Shown: positions 1 through 6,811 of the stretch, piece by piece
Layout: every line of letters begins with the position of its first letter
Numbering within the stretch: the first letter of the stretch is position 1
Assembly (NCBI GenBank): GCA_049699855.1
Contig: JBNAWM010000042.1
Location: forward strand, 1-12,592
DNA length: 12,592 nt
Reading direction: 5' to 3'
Origin: Candidatus Cryosericum sp.
GTDB taxonomy: Bacteria > Caldisericota > Caldisericia > Cryosericales > Cryosericaceae
Position numbers and translations under genes: made by a program
The notes under the pieces: generated by a model
What the model saw: only the letters and a program-made list of their open reading frames with translations
What the model was told of the DNA's origin: nothing
Database searches by the model: none

Positions 1-2
1 CG

Positions 3-290
3 GAGAACGGCAGGATGGCGCTCTCGATCATCGCGGGATATGACCGGCACGTCGACATGCTGCTGACCGACGTAGTGATGCCGGAGATGAACGGCCGCCA
101 GCTGTATGCCAATATCGCGCGGGACCACCCCGGGATGAAGGTCCTGTACATGTCCGGCTACACAGAGAACGTTATTGCCCACCGGGGAGTGCTGGACGCG
201 GGCGTCCAGTTCATCCAGAAGCCGTTCACGGTGGAGGCCCTGGCCGCCAAGGTGCGCGAGACACTGGACATGGGTACCACGCCCCAGTGA
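3..290 (+). CDS. Response-regulator receiver domain, 5'-truncated; probably the C-terminus of a CckA-type hybrid sensor histidine kinase
   Basis: The frame is open from the window edge (ENGRMAL...). Receiver motifs are LLTDVVMPEMNG (phospho-acceptor Asp), VLYMSGY and FIQKPF. This receiver style is typical of hybrid kinase C-termini. Confidence 0.88.
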   Translation, partial: ENGRMALSIIAGYDRHVDMLLTDVVMPEMNGRQLYANIARDHPGMKVLYMSGYTENVIAHRGVLDAGVQFIQKPFTVEALAAKVRETLDMGTTPQ

Positions 291-658
291 CCGCTCGGTC
301 GCGTACCACTCTTGGGGCACTGGCCCCCACGCTGGGGCTGGCTGCCGCAGGGACCTGGGCTCTGCATGCCTGCCTGCCTGCGCTCGACTGGGTCCAGGCA
401 TGGCTGCTGAGCATCACCGCCGTCACCCTGCTCACCTACGGGTACGACAAGCTGGTGGCGGGAAGCGGCGCGACCCGCGTCCCCGAGCGTGTCCTGCTGA
501 CGCTGGCGTTTGCCGGAGGCACCTTTGGGGCACTCCTTGGCATGCGCCTGTTTCACCACAAGACCAGCAAGGAGAGCTTTCTGGAACGCTTCTGGCTGAT
601 CGTTGCCCTTCAGGTGGTCGTCATCGCGGGCTGGTACCTGTTCCTGCGTGCCCGCTAG
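287..658 (+). CDS. DUF1294 family small membrane protein
   Basis: Signature YGYDKxxA...RVPERVLLTLAFAGGTFGALLGMRLFHHKTSK and three hydrophobic segments. The GTG start overlaps the upstream stop (GTGA, 287-290). Confidence 0.9.
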   Translation: MTARSRTTLGALAPTLGLAAAGTWALHACLPALDWVQAWLLSITAVTLLTYGYDKLVAGSGATRVPERVLLTLAFAGGTFGALLGMRLFHHKTSKESFLERFWLIVALQVVVIAGWYLFLRAR

Positions 659-679
659 TGGAGCGGGAGACCCTGCCAG

Positions 680-708
680 TTGCACTCTGCCCATTTCATG
701 GCTATGAT
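680..708 (+). promoter_or_regulatory. Putative sigma70 promoter for the GT2 gene
   Basis: TTGCAC (680-685), 17-bp spacer, TATGAT (703-708), in the intergenic gap. Confidence 0.6.
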
Positions 709-746
709 GGTTGCCCTTTCTGGAAACTATACTGGAGGAGCTGAAG

Positions 747-1463
747 ATGAGCGAACCGTATCTGTTTTTTTCGATCGTCATTCCTGCTCACAATGAGGAA
801 AAGTACATTGGCACAACACTTGCATCCCTGAAGGCGCTGGACTATCCGTCGGATCGGTTTGAGGTCATCGTTGTGGAGAACGGTTCCACCGACCAGACCC
901 TCAAGGTCGTGGCGGCAGAGGCGCCGTCCTCAGCCAAGATCGAGCATATCGATGCGATGGGCGTCTCGCGGGCCAAAAACCGTGGCATAGAACTGCTCTC
1001 CGATTCCTGTGACTGGGTCATCTTTCTTGACGCCGACACCTACTTCGCCCCGCCGTTCCTGAAGGAACTGAATGCCTTCCTGCAGCGAAATGCCGCGAAA
1101 AATCTCGGAAGCGGCATGGCGTCCCTGCGCCCGGTGCCTGACACCCGCATCGCCCGGAACTGGTACCGTTTTTTCAACTTTGCGAATTACGCCGCAGTGA
1201 CCACGAGATCGATCCAGTGCATCCGGCGGGATCTGCTGCGGGACTTGCGCTACGACGAGGAACTGACGTTTGGTGAGGATACCAGGATGCTGAAGGAGAC
1301 CAAACGGCACACGCGGCACTTCTATCTCAGGACCAGGAGCGTCTTTTCGTCCACCCGCAGGTTCGAGGAGCATGGCTGGGCGCGCCAGCTGTTCAGCTGG
1401 ATCGCCATGGCCTCGCTTCCGTACGAGAAGAAGAAATCCCTGCGCTATCCTCCCACTCGCTAG
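747..1463 (+). CDS. Glycosyltransferase family 2 (GT-A fold), 238 aa
   Basis: Motifs SIVIPAHNEE, VVENGSTD, GVSRAKNRG, FLDAD (DxD), GED and STRRF. Start placed at ATG 747 behind SD GGAGGAG (734-740), not at 711. Confidence 0.92.
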   Translation: MSEPYLFFSIVIPAHNEEKYIGTTLASLKALDYPSDRFEVIVVENGSTDQTLKVVAAEAPSSAKIEHIDAMGVSRAKNRGIELLSDSCDWVIFLDADTYFAPPFLKELNAFLQRNAAKNLGSGMASLRPVPDTRIARNWYRFFNFANYAAVTTRSIQCIRRDLLRDLRYDEELTFGEDTRMLKETKRHTRHFYLRTRSVFSSTRRFEEHGWARQLFSWIAMASLPYEKKKSLRYPPTR

Positions 1464-2686
1464 ACGAACAGCCGGAAGGTGCCTTCCATGATGGCACCGG
1501 AGACGACGGGGACGCTGACGTTGTCGCTTACCCTTTCTGGCAGCAGTTCGGCAAGCGTTGCGATGCCTGCTCCCACCAGACCGATCCAGAGAGGCAGGTC
1601 GTTCGCGATCCACAGGAAGTAGGCAACGCCGATGGAGATAGCCAGAAAGGCGAGCAGCCCCTGGATGGAGGTCCGGCTCCTCTTGAAGAGGTAGGATTTG
1701 CCATAGTTGGTGTCGACAACGCGCGCCATCATGCCACCGATCGAGAGAAAGCCAAGACTGGCGTAGGCAACGTATTCCCGCGAGAGCAGCAGGGTGACAA
1801 AGATGCCGAGCAGAAACAGGGTGAAGGCGCTGACCGTGCTCCGCTCGGCCTCGCGCAGAAGGCGCGTTCCGGAGAGGATCTCGCGGTGCAGGGCGCGTTC
1901 CAGCGTGGGAACAGTCGCTCTCAGCAGCTCCAGGACGAGGAGCGTCGACAGGACACCGCCGACCACCAGCAGGACATCCCTGCGGCTGATGAACATGCCC
2001 AGGATGACCACGATGATGGCAAGCGGGCGGGCAAAAGTCCTCCACAGCGTGCTCCTGTCCTTTGCCAGGACAAACATCTCCCGCTTCAGATTCTTGGAGC
2101 TCTCGAACGAGATCATGCCAATCAGTACTAGCACCAGGGTCAGCTCGCTGTAGGAGCGGACGTAGAAGGCCAGGATGATGCCCAGCATGGGCATCAGGGT
2201 CGTGGCGAGAAAATCCTCATCGTGTGTGGCGGCCATGATGAGGACGGCATAGACTGCCAGGAAGCTGAGAGCGGCCGCCATGTCGGCGGGGGACATGGAC
2301 TCCGACGCCACCTTGCCCAGCAGAAAGACAAAGATACCAACGGTGGCGGCGATCCCGCGCCCACCCCTGAAGTGCAGATAGAAGGGGAACTTGTGCCCGA
2401 GGATGGCGGCAAAGCCGGCAGCGGCCACGACATCGGTGGGCGCCTTGAACAGCCAGTACGCGATCAGCATGGCCACCAGGCCCTTGGTCAGGTCATAGGC
2501 GGCGACTGCCGCTCCCAGGCCAATTCCAAAGTTCCTCTTGACGTTCGTGGCGCCCGGGTTGTGGTCGCCCAGCATCCGTATGTCAGCATGCCTGGTCCAG
2601 CGCACCAGGAAGTACGCCGGGAGGATCGATCCCAGCAGATACCCGATGACGATGGGCAAGGCATATGACAGTGCTGTCTTCAGCAT
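1460..2686 (-). CDS. PlsY-like glycerol-3-phosphate acyltransferase domain fused to a C-terminal dolichol/phytol/DAG kinase-like (CTP-transferase superfamily) membrane domain
   Basis: N-terminal ~200 aa carry YLLGSI, NPGATNVKR, DLTKG and GHKFPFYLHFRGGRGIA (PlsY). C-terminal ~200 aa carry WRTFAR, LREAE, GGMMARVV..YGK, TSIQGLLAF and AELLP..SDNVSVP, in the order expected for polyprenol-kinase motifs. SD AAGGAGG lies upstream of ATG 2686. Confidence 0.82.
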   Translation of the reverse strand: MLKTALSYALPIVIGYLLGSILPAYFLVRWTRHADIRMLGDHNPGATNVKRNFGIGLGAAVAAYDLTKGLVAMLIAYWLFKAPTDVVAAAGFAAILGHKFPFYLHFRGGRGIAATVGIFVFLLGKVASESMSPADMAAALSFLAVYAVLIMAATHDEDFLATTLMPMLGIILAFYVRSYSELTLVLVLIGMISFESSKNLKREMFVLAKDRSTLWRTFARPLAIIVVILGMFISRRDVLLVVGGVLSTLLVLELLRATVPTLERALHREILSGTRLLREAERSTVSAFTLFLLGIFVTLLLSREYVAYASLGFLSIGGMMARVVDTNYGKSYLFKRSRTSIQGLLAFLAISIGVAYFLWIANDLPLWIGLVGAGIATLAELLPERVSDNVSVPVVSGAIMEGTFRLFV

Positions 2687-2844
2687 GTCCGTTCCTCCTT
2701 GGTCCGTCCGGCCCGTGCCCCTCTCCTCGGAGGGGCCGTGGTGAAAGTATAGTCAGGTTTGCGCGAGGGACACTGTTTTCGCGTTGCACCGCATGTATCC
2801 GCCCGCAGATCTTGTCCTTTCGAATATCCGTTCGTGCCTGGACG

Positions 2845-3276
2845 TCACGGGGTGGTACTGCCGGGTTTCTCCTTCGGCCTTCCTCGTGCCGCGCGAGGCC
2901 GGGTCGTGGCGTACGCCCTGGACTGGTTGTATCGTACGGCCTCCCGGATGAGAGCCTTCAGGGCTTCCCTGTTGATGGTGTCGCCCTTGTGAAGGTCGAT
3001 GGCCCTCCATTGTTTGCCAGCAAGTCCATTGTTGAAAAGCTTGTCAGGATCCGCGAGGTTCGCTCCCTGAGAGAAGGTCAGCTTGACCTTGTCCTTGAAG
3101 GCGTTGGCCAGGCAGACCATCCCGTCGTGGGACCACACGGGACTTCCCATCCATTTGCACTCCTCTTCGATGTCGGGATCAGCTTCGTGGATGATGCTTC
3201 TGATGTCCGCCACCTTGGTACCCCGCCAATCAGTGAGACTGGCAATCATGCTGTCGATACACTCGCGTGCATTCAT
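2845..3276 (-). CDS. DUF1801 (YdhG-like) domain protein, 143 aa
   Basis: DWRG...IRSIIHEADPDIEEECKWMGSPVWSHDG...FKDKVKLTFSQGANLADPDKLFN...RAID...LKALIREAV. The start is ATG 3276 with SD GGAGGT; the upstream part of the 470-aa ORF is a shadow of tetR. Confidence 0.9.
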   Translation of the reverse strand: MNARECIDSMIASLTDWRGTKVADIRSIIHEADPDIEEECKWMGSPVWSHDGMVCLANAFKDKVKLTFSQGANLADPDKLFNNGLAGKQWRAIDLHKGDTINREALKALIREAVRYNQSRAYATTRPRAARGRPKEKPGSTTP

Positions 3277-3328
3277 CGCTGTCGTACCTCCCGAGGGCAA
3301 AGTAGAGCCAATTGCACCACCTTTCGGG

Positions 3329-3357
3329 AGTATAACGCGAGAAAAGCGTTGTGACCA
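3329..3357 (-). promoter_or_regulatory. Putative promoter for the DUF1801 gene
   Basis: Minus strand TGGTCA (3357-3352), 17 bp, TATACT (3334-3329). Confidence 0.45.
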
Positions 3358-3451
3358 GATGGAAACAGCTATGCACGATGACATGAAAACGGCACGCGCC
3401 CCATCGAAATGAAACATGGGACAAATGTAACGTTTGACCCCACAATGGGGG

Positions 3452-3479
3452 TTGACACGGTTCGAACCTGGACGAAAAT
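3452..3479 (+). promoter_or_regulatory. Putative sigma70 promoter for the tetR-SDR operon
   Basis: Perfect -35 TTGACA (3452-3457) and a weak -10 GAAAAT (3474-3479) at 16-bp spacing. Confidence 0.55.
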
Positions 3480-3482
3480 AAT

Positions 3483-3496
3483 ACCAACCGGTCGGT
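3483..3496. promoter_or_regulatory. Putative TetR operator ACCAACCGGTCGGT
   Basis: 14-bp palindrome with one mismatch to ACCGACCGGTCGGT. It lies over the predicted transcription start directly upstream of a TetR gene, the usual autorepression geometry. Confidence 0.7.
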
Positions 3497-3528
3497 TTAT
3501 GATGACCAGGCAGACAGGGAGTATGGAC

Positions 3529-4131
3529 ATGACACAGGAAGAACGTTCGCAGGAGACACGAAGCAGCATTCTGGCGGCCGCAGAGCAGAGTTTTGCCGAG
3601 CGTGGGTACGATGTGACCAGCGTGGACAGCATCTGCCAGGCCGCCGGCGTCAGCAAGGGCGCCTTCTATCACCACTTTCCCAGCAAGGGATCGGTGTTCG
3701 TGGCGCTTCTCAATGCATGGCTGGCTGAACTGGACCGGCAGTTCGCCCTGATGCAGACCAGCGGTGCCTCCGTGCCACAGCAGGTCGCCGCGATGGCGGC
3801 CGGGGTGGATGAGATCTATCACCTTGCAGGGACCAAATGGAACATCCTGCTTGAGTTCTGGGCCAAGTCCAAGGCGGATCCCGAGGTCGCGCGCAGCACC
3901 GTCGACATGATCCGCAGGTATCAAGTGTTCTTCCGGCAGGTGCTCGAACGTGGTGTTGCCGAAGGCAGTCTGGCGATCAAGGATGTCGACCTGACAGCAA
4001 CGGTTGTGCTCAGCGTTGTGCTGGGGCTGCTGCTGCAGGGCATACTCGACCCCGAGGGCCAGGATTGGGGAGCGCTGATGGAGCGCGCGCTGGCCATGCT
4101 CATGGAGTCCATGAGCGGGAGGAACACATGA
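3529..4131 (+). CDS. TetR/AcrR family transcriptional regulator, 200 aa
   Basis: HTH signature ILAAAEQSFAERGYDVTSVDSICQAAGVSKGAFYHHFPSK. Start at ATG 3529 with SD AGGGAG (3516-3521). Confidence 0.95.
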   Translation: MTQEERSQETRSSILAAAEQSFAERGYDVTSVDSICQAAGVSKGAFYHHFPSKGSVFVALLNAWLAELDRQFALMQTSGASVPQQVAAMAAGVDEIYHLAGTKWNILLEFWAKSKADPEVARSTVDMIRRYQVFFRQVLERGVAEGSLAIKDVDLTATVVLSVVLGLLLQGILDPEGQDWGALMERALAMLMESMSGRNT

Positions 4132-5138
4132 ACATCCTGGTGACAGGAGCTTTTGGAAACGTTGGAACGTATGCCATCGATGAGCTGCTGGGACGCGGCG
4201 CAAGCGTCCGCTGTCTGGACATTCCATCGCGCCTCTCCAAGCGCAAGGCGCGTCCATATGCGCGCAAGGTGTCCATCATCTGGGGTGACATCCGCGACCC
4301 GGCAGTGGTTGCCCGCGCGGTGGAGGGGATGGATGCCGTCGTCCACCTGGCCTTTATCATCCCGCCCAAGAGCGAGCAGCGCCCTGCGTGGGCCGAGACC
4401 ATCAACGTCGGCGGCACCTGGAACCTTCTGCAGGCGGCGCTGGCATCCCCCCGGAAGCCGCGCATCGTGTTCAGCTCATCGATTGCTCTATATGGCAAGA
4501 CGCAGCATCTCGCGCCGCCACGAACCAGCGATGAACCTCTGCATCCCGACCTGCAGTATGCGTATCAGAAGCTGACGTGCGAGCACATGCTGCACGCCTC
4601 TGGCCTGCCCTGGGTCATCCTGCGCTTCGGCGCGGTGCCGCCGATTGAGTTCGGGGAACTGGATCCGCTGATGTTCGATGTCCGGATGGACGACCGCATG
4701 GAGTATCTGGCGCCCATGGATGCCGGCGCCGCCGTTGCGGCGGCTGCGATGGTGCCGGGACTGGAAGGCAGGACGCTCATGGTGGCGGGTGGGCCGTCGT
4801 GCCAGGTCACTGGTCGCCAGTTCATGCAGCGCTCCTTTACGGCGCTGGGTATCGGCATGCTGCCGGAGTCCGCCTTCTCGCCCGTGCCGTTTCACTGCGA
4901 CTTCATGGACACCGACGAGAGCGAGCGCCTTCTCCACTACCAGCACCACAGCTTCGAGGAGACGCTGGCGCTTCAGCAGAAGACGCTGGGATGGAAGCGG
5001 CTGTTTGTGCCCCTCGTCCGGCCATTCATCCGCAGGAGGCTGTTGGCCATGTCGCCCTACTACCCCCGGCAGACTGGGCGAAAAGCCCTGAGAGCGGGGC
5101 GCATCCGGCTGGCCCCAGGGGGCGGAGGCGGCAGGTAG
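4128..5138 (+). CDS. NAD-dependent epimerase/dehydratase family (extended SDR) oxidoreductase, 336 aa
   Basis: ILVTGAFGNVG, GDIRD, VVHLA, INVGGT, FSSS and YAYQK (YxxxK). ATGA overlap with the tetR stop; SD GGAGG at 4118-4122. Confidence 0.92.
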   Translation: MNILVTGAFGNVGTYAIDELLGRGASVRCLDIPSRLSKRKARPYARKVSIIWGDIRDPAVVARAVEGMDAVVHLAFIIPPKSEQRPAWAETINVGGTWNLLQAALASPRKPRIVFSSSIALYGKTQHLAPPRTSDEPLHPDLQYAYQKLTCEHMLHASGLPWVILRFGAVPPIEFGELDPLMFDVRMDDRMEYLAPMDAGAAVAAAAMVPGLEGRTLMVAGGPSCQVTGRQFMQRSFTALGIGMLPESAFSPVPFHCDFMDTDESERLLHYQHHSFEETLALQQKTLGWKRLFVPLVRPFIRRRLLAMSPYYPRQTGRKALRAGRIRLAPGGGGGR

Positions 5139-5170
5139 CCCGTCTGGCATTCTTGCAAACCTCGCACCTC

Positions 5171-5179
5171 TGCTACAAT
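5171..5179 (+). promoter_or_regulatory. Extended -10 promoter (TGcTACAAT), probably giving a leaderless mRNA starting at ATG 5186
   Basis: TG-n-TACAAT is followed by 6 nt and then ATG. There is no properly spaced SD. A TTGCAA at 5153-5158 sits at short (15-bp) spacing. Confidence 0.65.
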
Positions 5180-5185
5180 GAAGGC

Positions 5186-6181
5186 ATGAAAACAAAGATT
5201 GCCATAGTGGGCGCGGGTGGCAGGACCGGGACGCTGTTTGCCACCGAGCTTGTTGCAGCCGCCGAGGTCGTGGGCGTTGCGCGGCACGAGCAGGTGGTCC
5301 AGGCGGCCGAAGGCAGGATCCTGGTGGAGCGCCGCAGTGGCGAGCGGGTCCGGTTGAACCCTCCGGTGATCGATGATGATGCCTTTGCCAGCGAGCTGAC
5401 ACCCGACTTCCTGTTTCTCACGACCAAGAATCCCGTCGGTCCCTCCGTTCAATTCTACTATGAGCGCGTCCGGCAGGACGACCTTCCTGACCTTATCCTC
5501 TCCCAGAACGGTATCGCGGCGGCCGATGATGCGCGTGCCACCCTTGAGCGCATGTTTGGGGAACGGGCGCGGAAGGTCAGGGTTGTGAGGGTCAGCCTGT
5601 TCAACCCGGTCTCGGTGGAGGGGATCGGTGACCAGGTCGTGATCTCGTACTTCACGCCCGTGCGCCTGGCATTTGGCGTCGCGCACGGACCGGATGAAAC
5701 CTTGGACCTGCAGCAGCTGTTTGCCGCGGCGGGCATCGAGGCGCAGGCCGTTCCCGCGGGAGATGTGAAGAACATGGAGTACTCCAAGCTGTTCACCAAT
5801 CTCATCGGTGTGCCTTCTGCCGCTCATGGCTTGACGATCGGCGACGGCTTTGCCGATCGGGCCGTCTTTGAGGAAGAGATTCTGGCACTGCGCGAATACG
5901 CCCGGGTGGTGCGCGCAAGCGGCGGGCGGTTTCTCAACCTGCGCCACTTCCCCACGGGCACGTACGCGCGCCTCCTGGAGGCGGTTCCCCTGCCGGTGCT
6001 GAGCCTGTTCCGGCGGCAGATCGCGGGCATGATCACGAAGGGCAGGGGCAGCAAGGAGAAGGGCAACATCGACGAGATCGACTACTACAGCGGCGCCGTG
6101 GTGGCGGTGGGTGGGCGCCTCGGAGTGGCAACCCCTGTCAACGCCCGTATCTACAATACCATGAAGGCGAGGGCCTCATGA
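5186..6181 (+). CDS. Ketopantoate reductase (PanE/ApbA)-like 2-oxoacid reductase, 331 aa, substrate uncertain
   Basis: IAIVGAGGRTG Rossmann motif, FLTTK, SQNG, YSKLFTN (catalytic Lys) and EIDYYSGAVVAVGGRLGVATPVN (catalytic Glu, ApbA_C). The usual SMxQD motif is missing. Confidence 0.85.
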   Translation: MKTKIAIVGAGGRTGTLFATELVAAAEVVGVARHEQVVQAAEGRILVERRSGERVRLNPPVIDDDAFASELTPDFLFLTTKNPVGPSVQFYYERVRQDDLPDLILSQNGIAAADDARATLERMFGERARKVRVVRVSLFNPVSVEGIGDQVVISYFTPVRLAFGVAHGPDETLDLQQLFAAAGIEAQAVPAGDVKNMEYSKLFTNLIGVPSAAHGLTIGDGFADRAVFEEEILALREYARVVRASGGRFLNLRHFPTGTYARLLEAVPLPVLSLFRRQIAGMITKGRGSKEKGNIDEIDYYSGAVVAVGGRLGVATPVNARIYNTMKARAS

Positions 6182-6765
6182 CCTTCATCGCTCTTGCCAT
6201 CGCCGCATATCTCCTGGGGTCCATTCCCTTCGGCTTCCTGGTGGGCAGGTGGAGGGGGGTGGACGTACTCCAGATCGGTTCCAAATCCGCTTCGTCGACC
6301 AACGTCTCGCGGGCCCTCGGCTGGAAGTGGGGGACCATCTCGGCGCTCCTCGACTTCACCAAGGGGTGGCTGCCGGCATATCTTGGCGTCCGCCTGCTGC
6401 CCTTCCACTGGCAGATCGTCGTCGTTGCCCTGCTGCCCATGGTGGGACAGGTCTTCCCCATCTTTCTCCACTTCAGGGGCGGTAAAGGGGCCTCCACCTT
6501 CTACGGCGCCACGCTGGCGATGATCGGTCCCCTGTATTTCGTCTGGTTCTTTCCCCTCCTGGTTCTAATCTTTGCCGTGACTAGGAAGACGAGCCTCTCT
6601 AACCTCCTGTTTCCGTGGATCCTGGTGGTCCTCACGTCTATCTTCCTGCCGCTGTACTGCGCCATCTTCACGGTGGCGGGCGCCTCGTTTCTGACCTTTG
6701 CCCTGCGCGGCAACATCCGGCGGCTGTTGAAGGGCACCGAGCCCGACACTCCCCTGACATGGTGA
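6178..6765 (+). CDS. plsY: PlsY-family acyl-phosphate acyltransferase, atypical paralog
   Basis: AYLLGSIPFG, GSKSASSTNVSR, DFTKG, FPIFLHFRGGKG and NIRRLLKGTE; 195 aa, multi-pass membrane. ATGA overlap with the reductase stop. Confidence 0.88.
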   Translation: MTFIALAIAAYLLGSIPFGFLVGRWRGVDVLQIGSKSASSTNVSRALGWKWGTISALLDFTKGWLPAYLGVRLLPFHWQIVVVALLPMVGQVFPIFLHFRGGKGASTFYGATLAMIGPLYFVWFFPLLVLIFAVTRKTSLSNLLFPWILVVLTSIFLPLYCAIFTVAGASFLTFALRGNIRRLLKGTEPDTPLTW

Positions 6766-6811
6766 CCTGGGACAGGACTGACCCTGTCCACGAAGGAGGG
6801 ACAGCATTCCG

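Noticed and set aside
3288..3330. CTCCCGA/TCGGGAG inverted repeat as an SD-sequestering hairpin for DUF1801
   Set aside because: The 5' arm overlaps the predicted -10/TSS region and would mostly not be transcribed. The stem is only 7 bp with a long loop.
3455..3472. GGTTCGAACC resembling a tRNA T-loop
   Set aside because: No cloverleaf, acceptor stem or anticodon arm can be built around it, and it lies in a promoter spacer.
3277..4257. N-terminal 327 codons of the 470-aa minus-strand ORF, suggesting a large DUF1801 fusion
   Set aside because: It is the antisense shadow of tetR plus intergenic DNA. A strong SD precedes ATG 3276, and the domain starts there.
4799..5185. 129-aa N-terminal extension of the reductase ORF
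   Set aside because: It overlaps the SDR gene in another frame. The Rossmann fold starts at MKTKIAIVGAG (5186), directly after a promoter.
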